Program-made: the position numbers and the translations under genes
Notes under the pieces: generated by a model
Database searches by the model: none
What the model was told of the DNA's origin: nothing
Seen by the model: only the letters and a program-made list of their open reading frames with translations
In this document: piece after piece, positions 38,654 to 51,009 of the stretch
Layout of the letters: each line of letters opens with the position of its first letter
Numbering within the stretch: the first letter of the stretch is position 1
Source of the DNA: Vicugna vicugna
Taxonomy: Eukaryota
Reading direction: 5' to 3'
NCBI GenBank assembly: GCA_013265495.1
Contig: MU058475.1
Coordinates: 124,001 to 188,000, forward strand
Length of the DNA: 64,000 nt

Positions 38654-39058
38654 ACTACTCAGCCATAAAAACCGACAACATAATGCCATTTGCAGCAACA
38701 TGGATGCTCCTAGAGAATGTCATTCTAAGTGAAGTAAGCCAGAAAGAGAAAGAAAAATACCATATGAGATCGCTCATATGTGGAATCTAAAAAACAAAAA
38801 CAAACAAACAAANNNNNNNNNNNNNNNNNNNNNNNNNNNNNNNNNNNNNNNNNNNNNNNNNNNNGGGAAATATACACAAAATGTTATGATAAATCACAGA
38901 GAAAAAAATGTGACAATGAGTGTGTATATGTCCATGTATGACTGAAAAATTGTACTGAACACTGGAATTTGACACAACACTGTAAAATGATTATGAATCA
39001 ATAAAAATGTAAAAAAAATAAATAAATAAAAAAATAAAAAATAAATAAATAAATAAAA
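38654..39058 (+). mobile_element. Lineage-specific young L1 3' end with (AAAT)n tail (intron 1, antisense to ABCB10)
   Basis: actactcagccataaaa...gtgaagtaagccagaaagagaaagaaaaatacc...AATAAA tail; contains the 51-N gap. Confidence 0.88.
38813..38863. other. Assembly gap, 51 N, inside an L1 3' UTR
   Basis: Run of n. Confidence 1.
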
Positions 39059-40994
39059 GGCAGTGTTCCAGGTTAAAAAAAAAAAAAAATTTTTGTTTTG
39101 TTCACTGTTGTATCCCCACTACCTACAGGGACATGCATACAATAAAAGGTCAATAAACAGTTGTTGGATGAATGAACAAATAAAGTGAGCATTGGCAGAA
39201 GAGGCATAGAAGTGTATTAGACCAAAGTTCGACAACAGCCTAAATAGAAACCTAAGATCTGGCGGCTCAGGAACTCCACGTGGAAATGACTCCTCTGCAC
39301 AGCGCCTTAAAGTCCCACAATCATAATTTCACCGAATAACGTGAACCTGGCCAAGGGCCATTTGATTTCAGTGTAAGACCCGGGGTCCTGTTTCAAAACG
39401 CCGTGTTCCTGACGACAGTGCCAAGAGGGACCGAAGCATGAACCGGCTCGCTCGCAAACCAGCGACCTGGGGAGCCAGGGCTCAACCCAAAAGCGTTTGT
39501 TTCACCTTTCATCTGTAGCTAGTTTCTCTGGTCTGTTCTCTCACTTCGGCAAATACTTCCAAAAGTGTAATGTATGTGAAATACTATAAAGACCTCTCTC
39601 TCTCCCTCCTTTAGTCTTCGAATTCACAGTTATGTTTCTAAAATAAGAACCTGTGTATCATGAACATGTGCTGGTTCTTACACAGTAATGATGATGATTA
39701 CAAAGTGGAAAGAATTTAGCTGAATCCAAATTCGTTTTAGGATCCCCTCTTTTTCCTTATAATTAAAAAAGTGATTAACAGCTTGTTTTATTGCCATTTG
39801 CCTTTCTTCTACAAGTTCAATGAATACAAAAGTAAAAAATAATTTTTTTCAGTCTTTGGTTAGCTGGGTTCGTGTTCATTAAGGTTTTACTGCACAGCAC
39901 TGTCTTTGACATTAATAATATTTTAGACTTGCCCCACAACTGTCATTTCAGATTCCTCCCTAAACCCAACAAGCCAAGGATACCACAGTCCTTCTGAAAT
40001 TCTCCTCCACCTCTTCTCTGTACTTAAGCATCTCGCTGGCCTCCGTCCTTGCTGGATGGGCCCCCTGCAACTGTTATCTGTCTCCTGACATACCCTCAAG
40101 TATCCTTCTGTTACCTTCATTCTATTGAATCCCGGCATTCAAAGAATGAAAGGAATCTCCTTCAAAAGAAAGAGGAAAGAAAATCTAAAATGTACACAGC
40201 TCCTGGAAGGGCAGGTTTGGGTGGGTGGAAGAGGCAATAAAGCATGCCTACCACCAGCTGGATGTGGGACAGACCTTTTAATGATTCATTTGATGACTAT
40301 AGGAGGCAGGTACCGCTATCCCAACTGCCATTCAGGGACTAAAGATGCTGCACTCACCACTATCTGAGGCACTGGACATGCACTGTCTCTTCCAACAACG
40401 CTCTGATGGTCCTCATTCTTTTCAGAGAGAAAACTCAAGCACAGAGAGGTGAGGGAGCTTGGCCAAGGTCACCCAATTCAAATAATGAAGAACCATGTTC
40501 CAAGACAAAGACTGTCTTCCTCGTCTTCCCACATTCCAGGCAGAGGAAACAGCACCGGCCAGCCTGGGGGTCAACACAGGAAAAGGAGCAGAAAGGCTGC
40601 GGGATAAAGAAAGCTGGAGCAGGCACCAGAGGTGCGGAGGAAGAAGGACTGAGAAAGGAAGTGGAGAAGTTCCAGGTCCTGGTGCTAAAGTAGAACAGGG
40701 GTTGCTGCCTGCGCAAGGCAGGCCTTAAAAGAGCTTCAGTCTGGGAAGCAGTCAGATTTGCTTTTTAAATGATCCTCTCTGGCTGCGGAGTGAAAAGAAA
40801 GCACTGGAGGCCAGTGGCCGCAGCTTCCAGGCGAGAGGGGCCCCCAGAGTGAACCAGGGTAGGGCAGAGAGGATAAGGAGGGTGACGAGGATTGCAGATA
40901 TTTTGAAGAACTAGACTACAGGACCTGATGACTTTTGGATTTGGGGAGCATGTTGGAAAGCCCGGTTCTGAAGTTGGGACTGACAGGGTCAGTA

Positions 40995-41190
40995 CACTAG
41001 CTCTGCCATCTAGCTGTTTGAACTTGAATGAGTCACTCAACCTCTCTGTCTCAGTTTCTTCATCTGTAAAATGGAAATAAAAATAACACCTCCCTCATGG
41101 AAATGTTTGAGGTGTACATGAAATATGCATATGCAGAGCGTCTGGCACAGTGTCCAGTGTCTACTGAACAGTAAGTATCAGTTATTATCT
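40995..41190. mobile_element. MIR SINE
   Basis: Core gtcactcaacctctctgtctcagtttcttcatctgtaaaatgg. Confidence 0.75.
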
Positions 41191-44100
41191 GTGTTTCTGC
41201 TGTCACTGCAAGGAGTCAAAAATGATCTGTGTCTGGTTTCAGCCATGGGGTCCACACAGCAGCTCCACTCTCTGAGAGAAGGGATGGAGGAGGAAAGGCA
41301 GCTTCGGGGAGGAAGGTAACTCTGGATTTTAGACATGCTGAGTTTTCAGGTGTCTACAGGGGACAACGAGGTAGAGGGTACGTGCAGGTCAGCGGCCGAG
41401 GTGAAGGAACCCGGCATCTAAGCTGGATGGGGCAGGAAGTGAAGAGGGGCTGACAGATGAGCAGGAAGTGGAGAGCTTAGGAAACTTTCCAGGTTTGTGG
41501 AGTCCTCTGTAGAACAAAGATCTGAGCAAGGCCAGAATGTCAGCGTGTGCTACAGAGTCTGACCTGTGCCATACTGTCAACAGCGAGGCCTGCCTTTGAC
41601 TCAGTGCTCGCTGTCCAGCAGACACACCATGGGAGCCACCCATGGAACTTAAAATTTTCCACTTGCCACCACATTAAAAAGAACAAAAAGAAACAGGTAA
41701 ATTGATTTCAGTAACATATTTTATTTGACCCAAGATATCCAAAATGTTAATTAATGTAATGAACGTTAAAAAAATAGTAACAGTTTACTTTTTTTTTCAT
41801 ACTAAATCCTTTCAAATTCTGGTATATATTTTACACTTCAATTAACTCTGACTAGCACATTTCACAGCACAGCTACAGAACGTTAATGTTTTCTCTGCAA
41901 TATGGTATCTCCATAGCACACAACATCCCTGGCTTTCTGGAACAGTCGCGAAGGTTCAGCCTCACTGTCCCATCAGTCCTTTTCTTGTCAGAGGCTCTGT
42001 CCTGACTTGGGCTTCAAAAAGCAGCCATTCTAAGCCCTCTCCTTGCTTCCCGCCCGCCTCCATGGTTTTATCTCGCTACTCGGTTTGGTCACTTCACGGT
42101 CTATCTTCATAAAATGTAACTACAAACTCAGCAAAGGCTCCTGGCAGGCGTCAGTTTCTAAGAACAATCCTAATCTCAAACCACATAAGCCCTTATCAGT
42201 CCTTAAGTAAAAGGTGCCCTCCCAAGTCCTCCACTGAGGCCCTAACTGAACACAGCGGGAAGGATGTGCACCTTCCGCATCTGACCAGGAGCCTGCCTGG
42301 GGGAGCCCCTGGTCAAGTGCGCAAAGCAAGCTCCTCTGCACTGAGGCCACCACACAAAGAACTCACGCCTGAGACCCAACTTCGTGCACAGGGCTCCCTG
42401 CCTCTGACTTACTGGGGTGCTCGGGGTCCTCAGCAGCCCCTTCCATCTGCCAGGCGCAGCAAGATGGCTCTGACCAATTACTTCTTATCCCTTCAGGCCA
42501 TAGGGGGCTCCTCAGTGAGCTCCTCCATCTTTTAAGACTCTGTGACTAAGGTGATAAGATGAAGAATTATCAGTAAAAAAAAAAGAGGCTGGAGAGCAGC
42601 TCTGCAGGCCAGAGCTGGAGGAAGATATCTGCAAACTACACAAAGTGAGACAGGGAAGGCAGAAAAGGGGGAGGGGGGCTTCGAGGACTGCAGTTCTTTA
42701 GAAGAGAAATAGAAATACTACCAAAACTGTCCTCAGCAGGTATCTATAAGCATTTCAAATGGTAGACCACGTTTTCAAAGTTTCTGATACAAATCACTTC
42801 AGCAAAGTTTCCTGGTCACACAGTCCAGATGACATACTCAGCAAACTGCTGAACACCGATGAATGTATTTTTATTCAAATGGATAGCTGAATTTTTGAAA
42901 AAGGATTTCTGTATTTACGTTTCTAAAAATTAACACTGGAATTCCTTCTCTTTAACTCAGCTTTTTTGGTCTCTTGATTAAAAAATACACACACACATCG
43001 TGCTTTTTATTTCCATCAGTTTACAGAGGTGTATTAACATCTGCGGCTGCTCTTACAATGATACGTTACAAATGAATGATGACCCCCCACCACTTCCTCT
43101 CAATCTTACAAATGCCAACATCCAGAGTGCCTTCAATATATTAATGACTTTTGAGGAAATCATATATCCTAATAAGGAGCTTTCATCAGATTTCCTTATT
43201 ATACACCATATATATTTAGTATCTGTTTAAAAACTGGAAAAAAATTAGTGAACCAACCCCAGATTTATTTCCTCAAATTATATGTACCTAGTTATTCAAT
43301 ACAGCAGATATAAATAGCTCCCCTCCTTAAAATAAAAGGAGGTACAGCCTATGCCTTGTTTAATGCTAGCATATCTTAGCACACTAACACGGCAAGACAT
43401 GTGGGAACGGGCTAGGAGGGTACAGGGCTGGCTGGGCTGGGCTGGGCTACCCAATGTGGCTGAGCACATGTGGGCACCAGGAAAGCCTGACACCAAAAAC
43501 ACCTTCAGAAACAACGTGGATTTCCTTACACTGACTTTGACTTACATGTGGGAATGATGGAAATACCCCACAGTGCTCAGGGTCTCTAAATTCAGGCCAC
43601 AGTCTGGACTTGGTTGTACTGTCATTTATTCCTTCTTCTAAGGCACCCTGCTCTGTGCCACACACATGCTGAGAACTAGACACAAAAAGTTGAATCAGAC
43701 ACAGTCCCTTTCACAAGAGCTCACAATCCAGTGAGCGCTCCTAGTCTCAAATTTTTCTTTTAAAAGAGGAAAAGATCTTTGAAAGATCCTTGAAAATATG
43801 CACACAACTTACTAAGCAACGAGATAATTCTCTTTATGCCTCAGTGACACCAAGAATCCCCCTAAGACAGTGAGGGGTAAAATGTTCCCACTTTAAGTGC
43901 CTCCTCCATGGCACCAACCTGCCCTAAATCACAAATCACTCACTAGGACTATCCTGTCTAAAGCAATGGGTTTGTAGTAAAGACCCTGGGATTCACCCGT
44001 TTGAATGGTTGCACCTGATAACCTCACAGGTCCTCTTTCCAAGCCCTCATCACAGCTACTTTTTATATCTGGTCATACACGATCTGTTCATTGTTTCTCC

Positions 44101-45000
44101 CCGACAAAACTGCAAGCCCCAACAGGAGCAGAACCATGTGTCCTTCCGCTCACCAATGTAAACCAACCGATAGCACACAATGAGGCACAATAAATATTAA
44201 AGAAACAAACACTTGGAAAAATCTCAAAAATCTCTTTATATGTTACAAGGCCCTTGCATTAAACATTTCTCCATTCATGGCTAAAAATGAAAACCTGTTT
44301 ATCTGGATTTTGTTTCTAAAAATATTCATTTTGATTTCTTTAAAAAGTTACTCAATTATGATTCAGTTGGGTTATGAGCTAGTTTCTCAAAGCTTCTACA
44401 GTGTACAGATCACTGATCTTGGTCAGTGTTGACTGTCCTGAAAAGAGTTTAGTAACTTCCTGCCTGCCACCCAGGAAGGCAAAGGCATGAGACAAATCTG
44501 AAAGATATAGATTGTTTTGTGTCACATTAAAACTACCGTTGACTGCTTAATAAACTTACCTAAAGCAAATAATGTTTTTTAGGTAAGTGTAAGTGCAAGT
44601 GCATATTACAAAATAAGTCTATTTGGGGCTAGAATTAATTTTACAAAGAATGACTCAGGTCATTTTGAGAATGCTGGCAAAGCGAAAGTAGAACAGACGC
44701 AAAGATTGTAAGAAGGAGGTACTGCTTCACTGGTATAATATGTCAAGCTGAGAAAACAAAGATTAAGATAGTTCTGTGAACGGATTCCCAGCTGACCCGA
44801 AAGCCTTGGCAATGCTACTGGGAGACGCGCTCCGTCCGGCACTTGCCGGGAGAACGCCGGGGGGAAGCCATCCCGTCCCTCCTCACCGTTTCCAGTGGCC
44901 CAGGGCCTCTGCCGCTCCCGCCATGTCCCCCCGGTGGCCCCGGGCCCTCGCGCTCGGTAAGGCGTGCCGGCGACAGAGGGAAGAGGACGGGAGGACCCAC

Positions 45001-45466
45001 CTGTCAGTCTCCAGCGCTCGGGGTGCGCCAGCCTTAAGAGCTTCCGGGCCTCCGAGCGCCGGGCCGCCGCGGGCCGCAGCAGGGGGTCGGGGGCGGGGGT
45101 CGCCGCGGCCGCAGGCACCGCCGGNNNNNNNNNNNNNNNNNNNNNNNNNNNNNNNNNNNNNNNNNNNNNNNNNNNNNNNNNNNNNNNNNNNNNNNNNNNN
45201 NNNNNNNNNNNNNNNNNNNNNNNNNNNNNNNNNNNNNNNNNNNNNNNNNNNNNNNNNNNNNNNNNNNNNNNNNNNNNNNNNNNNNNNNNNNNNNNNNNNN
45301 NNNNNNNNNNNNNNNNNNNNNNNNNNNNNNNNNNNNNNNNNNNNNNNNNNNNNNNNNNNNNNNNNNNNNNNNNNNNNNNNNNNNNNNNNNNNNNNNNNNN
45401 NNNNNNNNNNNNNNNNNNNNNNNNNNNNNNNNNNNNNNNNNNNNNNNNNNNNNNNNNNNNNNNCAT
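45001..45466 (-). CDS. ABCB10: ABCB10 exon 1 (nominally 466 nt, mitochondrial presequence; visible 3' end PAVPAAAATPAPDPLLRPAAARRSEARKLLRLAHPERWRLT); middle hidden by N gap
   Basis: Donor gtgggt at 45000-44995, phase 1 joins exon 2. ATG at 45466-45464 abuts the gap and is in frame if the gap length is right. EARKLL..A.PER is ABCB10-like. Nominal total CDS 2166 nt (721 aa). Start codon is uncertain. Confidence 0.8.
45125..45463. other. Assembly gap, 339 N, inside ABCB10 exon 1
   Basis: Run of n in an extremely GC-rich context. Confidence 1.
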
Positions 45467-47905
45467 CCCCGCCCGCGCCGGCCCCGCGCCCAGGGCGGCG
45501 AGCCGGATCCAGACCACCCCCCAGGAGCCCGCGCCGGCCTCGGGCGCCCGCCCGCAGCGCCCCCTACCGGGCGGCCGAGCGACGGGCGCGCTGCCCGAGC
45601 TGCCGCGGACGAGGCTGGGAAAAACGAGAAAAGCGACGCGCGCCGCTGCGCCTGCGCACCGCCGCGCGGGGAGCATTTTCGCGCTCTCCCGGCGCCTCGG
45701 GAAGAACCTGGGAGCGGCGGGAGCCCTTTCTCACGCCGGTGCACAAGGCGGAGCGCGCAGACGCGATCACACGATGCCCGGCTCCTGGATGCGCGCGGAC
45801 GGCGAGCTGCCCGGGCGGTCCAGGCAGGGGCGGCGCCTGTCACCCCACGTCCCGTGCCGAGCACTCGGCTCGGGCGCTGGAGCGCTGCCGGACCCGACGC
45901 CGTTGCGGGTCAGCGCGGGTCTGGAAGGGGTTGTGCAGGACAGGGTTGACGAAGAGTGAAACTTGGATAGCTCTGAGAAGAGGAAGAGATATACGGTGAA
46001 CAGAAGTGCAGAAGCGGACCTGGTCGAGGCACTCCGGCTGCTCAGAGGGAGAAGACTGGTCAGAACGCAATGTATTTTAATCCACGTGCAGGGAAAGCCG
46101 GAGGAGAGGATCTTAAAACCCACGAGGACACAGAGACTTCATGGTGGGGCGTCTGCACGCTGGGGGATGGTGAGGGCACCAGTCTGGTTCTTATCTAAGA
46201 GTGGTTGAGAAAGATGGATAACTTTGTTGACTTGTCGATATTTTTACAGGCTGGGACTAGGGTGAGGCAGTTGCCTCAACTGCAGTATTTATGGAGTCTG
46301 GTTGGGGGGAAGGTCAATAATCAAGATACATTTCAAAGCAAATTTTTAAAAAAATCAAAGTTAATGAAAAAAAATTCATGATGCAAGATGTCCGTTGAAG
46401 CTGACTCTACTGATTTATGAGTAGGCAGGCATTTGATACTGGGAAAGATTTGTTAGGTGACTAATGAAAGCAAGAGAGATACAGGACCTCATACCCCACG
46501 TCAAAGAATGACCTTCTCCCAGTTGGAGAGAACGTGACAATTTTAACTCAAATCTAACCTTCCCCTTCTTTTCTCTTTTCTACTTTCCAGAAAACTCTTG
46601 CTGCTGCAAAGCTGGGGAAGGCAGGACTAGCCTTTGCGTTCTGCCTTCCCCAGAATGAAGTCCACCAGGGTGTTTCAGCCAGCACTCTCTGGGGCCTAGA
46701 GTCAAAAGATAAATAGTTCAAGTGTAGCTGATTTAAAAACAAACAAACAAACAAAAAACCCTCTCTGTGTTGCTTCCGTTTCTAAGAATCAGTCAGATGA
46801 TAATGTGAAAATAATTATCCCTGACAAAACTGTCATGCTTAAAAAAAAAATCCCGCCCAACTGTCATATAATATACAAGACAAGAATTATTTACTAGCAT
46901 CGAATCTAAAGGAAATATCCATGGTGCTTAAAAAAAATAAAATTGGGGAACGGCATAGGGAATAAATATTGGCTGGAGGATCATCTGGACTCCCATAGTC
47001 ATCACACCAAAAAAAAAATTTAAAAATCATGGCCTACTCTAAACATATATTTATATTTATTTTATATATATATATTCAATAGGAAGAGAGGTCATAGTAA
47101 ATGCAAGGCAATTATATATATTTTTCCCCATTTTAAAATAAGGATAAGTTCTTACTGCCTTTTTAGAAATTAGGATAGAATTCCTTGGCCACTGGAAGAA
47201 CCAAGAAATGCTCAAAGGTCTATTTGGGAAAGAAGAAAACCAACCACTTAGATGTGAGTGGATTAATAGTACAAAATACCTCAGGAAAGCAAGGAAAGGC
47301 TGTATATTAACTCTGAGACAACAAGCAGAAGTTCAAATCCTACCCACAGAAAGATGGAAAGGGCTTTGGTGGGGGTGTGACTGAACCAAGGAGTAAAATC
47401 TGGCCCTCAGTGAATAGACTCTTACTAGATTGGGTGGCCAAACAGGCGTTGAATTCAAAAAGGACGTCTTTTGAGCGAAATCTTAGAACAGTTGGGGTTA
47501 CTTCAAGGACAGTTCCACCTGTGGGTTCTAGCCTCTCCCAAAGGGAGACCACGGAGGGGTCCCACGGAGCAATCTGTGATCTGATGGGGGAATCATTCAA
47601 CCCTTCTTAGTTCCTTTTTCTTAACTTAAACTTTGCAACTCGTCCTGTCAGGGGTAGCGTGGCAGGGTGATGGCTAAAGGTGGAACATACAGTTTAGTGG
47701 AGCACAAAGCAAGAAAGGGGCAGAAGTGCTTTGTAAATTCCTCTGAAGTCTGGATTTAAGCTTTTGGTAACCACGCTTAACAGAGAATGCTGAGGCTGTA
47801 ACTGTAGGCTTAGGCAGGCTGAATGCAATGTATGTAGAAGATGTCAGCATCTTTGGCTTTTACCATCTCTCTCCCTCACCTTCTCCCAAAAATTCTAGAG
47901 AAAGG

Positions 47906-48332
47906 TTGATACGGGTTAAGTTGTGTCCCTCCCAAAAAGGTATGCTGAAATCCTAAACCCTAGTCCTTCAGAATGGGATCTTACTTGGAAGTAGAGTTAT
48001 TGCAGGTGTAGTTAAGATGAGGTCATATTGGAGTAGGAACAGTTTGTCCTGATAAGATGGCCACGTGGAGACAGAGACACACGGGGAAAACGCCATGTGA
48101 TGTCAAAGGCAGAGATGGCAGTTCTACAGCTGCAAGCCAAGGAATGCCAGGGATCGTCCACAAATCACCAGATGCTGCCAAGGGCGAGGAAAGGATTCTC
48201 CTACAAGTTTCAGAGGGACTGTGGCCCTCAAAACCTTGATCTCAGGCTTCTAGCCTCCAGAACCATGGGACAATAAATTTATTTTAACCCCCCTGATTTG
48301 TGGTACTTTACTAAGGTAGCTATTGGAAAGGA
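47906..48332 (+). mobile_element. MLT1C/D-like MaLR solo LTR
   Basis: gttgtgtccctcccaaaaaggtatgctgaaatcctaaaccc...gcaagccaaggaatgccagg...cctccagaaccatgggacaataaat. Confidence 0.8.
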
Positions 48333-48571
48333 ATCCCCAGGCTTAACAACAGTGTCTTGTGTAATTCTGCAGTAGTTGCCCAGTGTTTGTCCACTTACCC
48401 ATGTTTGACCAAAGAAGCAACTGAGTTATTCAGGCTACTCTAAACGGTCACTTTGCATATCATTTCTGCTACAGTGCTTAACTTTATTTTACCAGAAGTT
48501 TATTCAGCAGCTGTCAGGATTTCAGGCTACACAAAGAACCATGCATGTTCTAATGAAGTGTAGCTCAGAGC

Positions 48572-48676
48572 GGGGTGAGGGTGTAGCTCAAGTGGTAGAG
48601 TGCATGCTTAGCATGCATAAAGTCCTAGGTTCAATCCCCAGTACCTCCTCAATGAGTAAATAAATAAACCTACTTA
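48572..48676 (+). mobile_element. 3'-truncated vic-1-like SINE fused directly to L1
   Basis: SINE head and linker end at aaacctactta, lacking CCTCCCC and the A tail. Confidence 0.85.
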
Positions 48677-49845
48677 GGAGACACAGGCAAAACATTCTCT
48701 GACATAAATCTTAGCAGTGTTCTCCTAGGACAGTCTACCCAGGCAATGGAAATAAAAGCAAAAATAAACAAATGGGGCCTAATTAAACTTATAAGCTTTT
48801 GCATAGCAAAGGAAACCATAAGCAAAACTTAAAGACAACCTACAGAATGGGAGAAAAAATTTGCAAAAGATGAGACTGACAAGGCCTTAATTTCCAGAAT
48901 ATGTAAACAGCTCATACAACTTAATAAGAAAAAAACAAACAACCCAATCTAAAAATGGGCAGAAGACCTAAAAAAGCAATTCTCCAATGAAGACATACAA
49001 AAGGCCCACAGGCACATGAAAAAAAATGCTCAATATCACTAATTATCAGAGAAATGCAGATCAAAACTACAATGAGGTATCACCTCACACCAGTCAGAAT
49101 GGCCATCATTAAAAAGTCCACGAGTGATACATGGACAGGGAACCCTCCTACACTGTTGGTGGAAATATAGTTTGGTGTAGCCATTATGAAAAACAGGATA
49201 GAGATTCCTCAGAAGACTGCAAATAGACTTACTATATGATCCAGCAATTCCACTCCTGGGCATATATCCAGTGGGAACCTTAATTCAAAAAATATGTGCA
49301 CCCCAATGTTCATAGCATCACTATTTACAACAGCCAAGACATGGAAACAACCTAAACGTCCATCAACAGATGACTGGATAAAGAAGCTGTGGTATATTTA
49401 TATAATGGAATACTACTCAGCCATAAAAAGAATAAAATAATGCCATTTGCAGCAATATGGATGAACCTGGAGATCAACATTCTAAGTGAAATAAGCCAGA
49501 AAGAGAAAGAAAAATACCACATGATATCATATATATATCTAAAATAAAAAAAAAACACTAATGAATATTTACAAAACAAATGCACAGACATAGGGAACAA
49601 ACTTATGGTTACCAGAGGGAGAAAGGGATGGGAAGGGACAAGTTGGGAGTTTGAGGTTTGCAGATACTAAATACGATCTATAAAATAGATAAACAACAAG
49701 TTTATACTGTATATAGCACAGGGAACTATAGTCAATATCTTGTAGTAACCCAAAATGAAAAAGAATATGAAAAGGAATATATGTATGTTCATGTGTGAGT
49801 GAACTGGTATGCTGTACACTGGAAACTGACACAATGTGGTAAACC
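48677..49845 (+). mobile_element. 5'-truncated lineage-specific L1 (ORF2 C-terminus plus 3' UTR, no A tail visible)
   Basis: ggcaaaacattctctgacataaatc...gaatgggagaaaaaatttgcaaa...ccaagacatggaaacaacctaa. Confidence 0.92.
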
Positions 49846-49946
49846 TGATGCTGATGTGAATTGCTTCTGGAAAGCTCTTGTTGTAGGTATTAAAATTTTA
49901 AATGCATATATCCTTTGGTCCTGCAGTATCACCTCTAGGATTTTAA

Positions 49947-50810
49947 AAAATAGACTTTATTTTTCTAGAGCAGTTTTAGGTTCACAGCAAAACTGAGTGG
50001 GAAGTACAGAGATTTCCCATATACCTGTCTTTTCCACACATGCACAGTATGCCCCAACATCCCTCACCAGAGTGGCACATTTGTTACAATAGACGAACCT
50101 ACATTGACACATCATTATCACCCCAAGTCCATAGTTTACATTAGGTTTCACTCTTGGTGTATATTCTGTGGACTTTAACGAATCCATAATGAGCTATATC
50201 CAGCATCATAGTATCAGAGAGAGTATTTTCAGTGCCTTAAAAATCCCCTGTGCTTTGATTGTTCATCCCTCCCCACCAACCCCTGACAACCACTGATCTT
50301 TTTGCTGTCTCTATAGTTTTGCCTTTTCCAGAATTCCACATAACATTTTGGAATCATATGGTATACAGCCTTTCAGATAAGCTTCTTTCACTTATAATGC
50401 ATTTAAGTTTCCTTGTGTCTTTTCATGGCTCCCTAGTTCATCTATTTTTATTATTGACTCATATTCCATTGTCTAGGTGAACTGCAGTTTATTTATCCAC
50501 TCACCTAGTGAAGGACATCTTAGTTGCTTCCAAATTTTGGCAGTTATGAATAAAGCTGCTATAAACATCCATATGCAGGTTTTTGTGCACACATAGTTTT
50601 CAGTTCCTTTGGGTAAACACAAAAGAGCAAGATTGCTGGATCATATGGTAAGAGTATGTTTAGTTTTGTAAGAAACTGCCAAACTGCCTTCCAAAGTGGC
50701 TGTACCATTTTGCACTTCCACCAGCAATGAATGAGAGTTCCTGTTGCTCCACGTCCTTGTCAGCATTTGGTGTTGTCGATGTTTTGATTTTAGCCATTCT
50801 AATAGATGTG
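49947..50810 (-). mobile_element. L1MC-like 3' end inserted into older L1 sequence
   Basis: agactttatttttctagagcagttttaggttcacagcaaaactgag terminus; imperfect TSD TCACCTCTAGGATTTTAA (49929-49946) / TCACTTCTAGGAATTTAA (50811-50828). Confidence 0.8.
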
Positions 50811-51009
50811 TCACTTCTAGGAATTTAAGCTACATATATACTCTTACATCTGTGGAATGATCATTGTATACAAAGATATTTACTGCAGTATTGTTTATAA
50901 TAGCAAGGCTGGAAATCGCAGTTTATCATTAGGGCATAGTTAAATAAATTGGGGTACAGTCAGGCAATAGATGACCATGCAATCTTCAGGAAGAATGAGG
51001 TCGTTCTCT

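Larger units (their letters stand above)
44820..46050. promoter_or_regulatory. ABCB10 CpG-island promoter with NRF1-type TGCGCCTGCGCA (45647-45658) and E2F TTTCGCGC (45677-45684)
   Basis: Very high GC/CpG density around exon 1; motifs read directly. Confidence 0.82.

Noticed and set aside
39059..39089. Short 3' transduction after the intron 1 L1 (ggcagtgttccaggtt plus A run)
   Set aside because: Too short, and the TSD boundaries are ambiguous.
44776..45999. Long ORFs of 276-407 aa in other frames around the ABCB10 promoter
   Set aside because: Artefacts of the N gap and stop-poor GC-rich DNA; only the ABCB10 exon 1 frame has homology and splice support.
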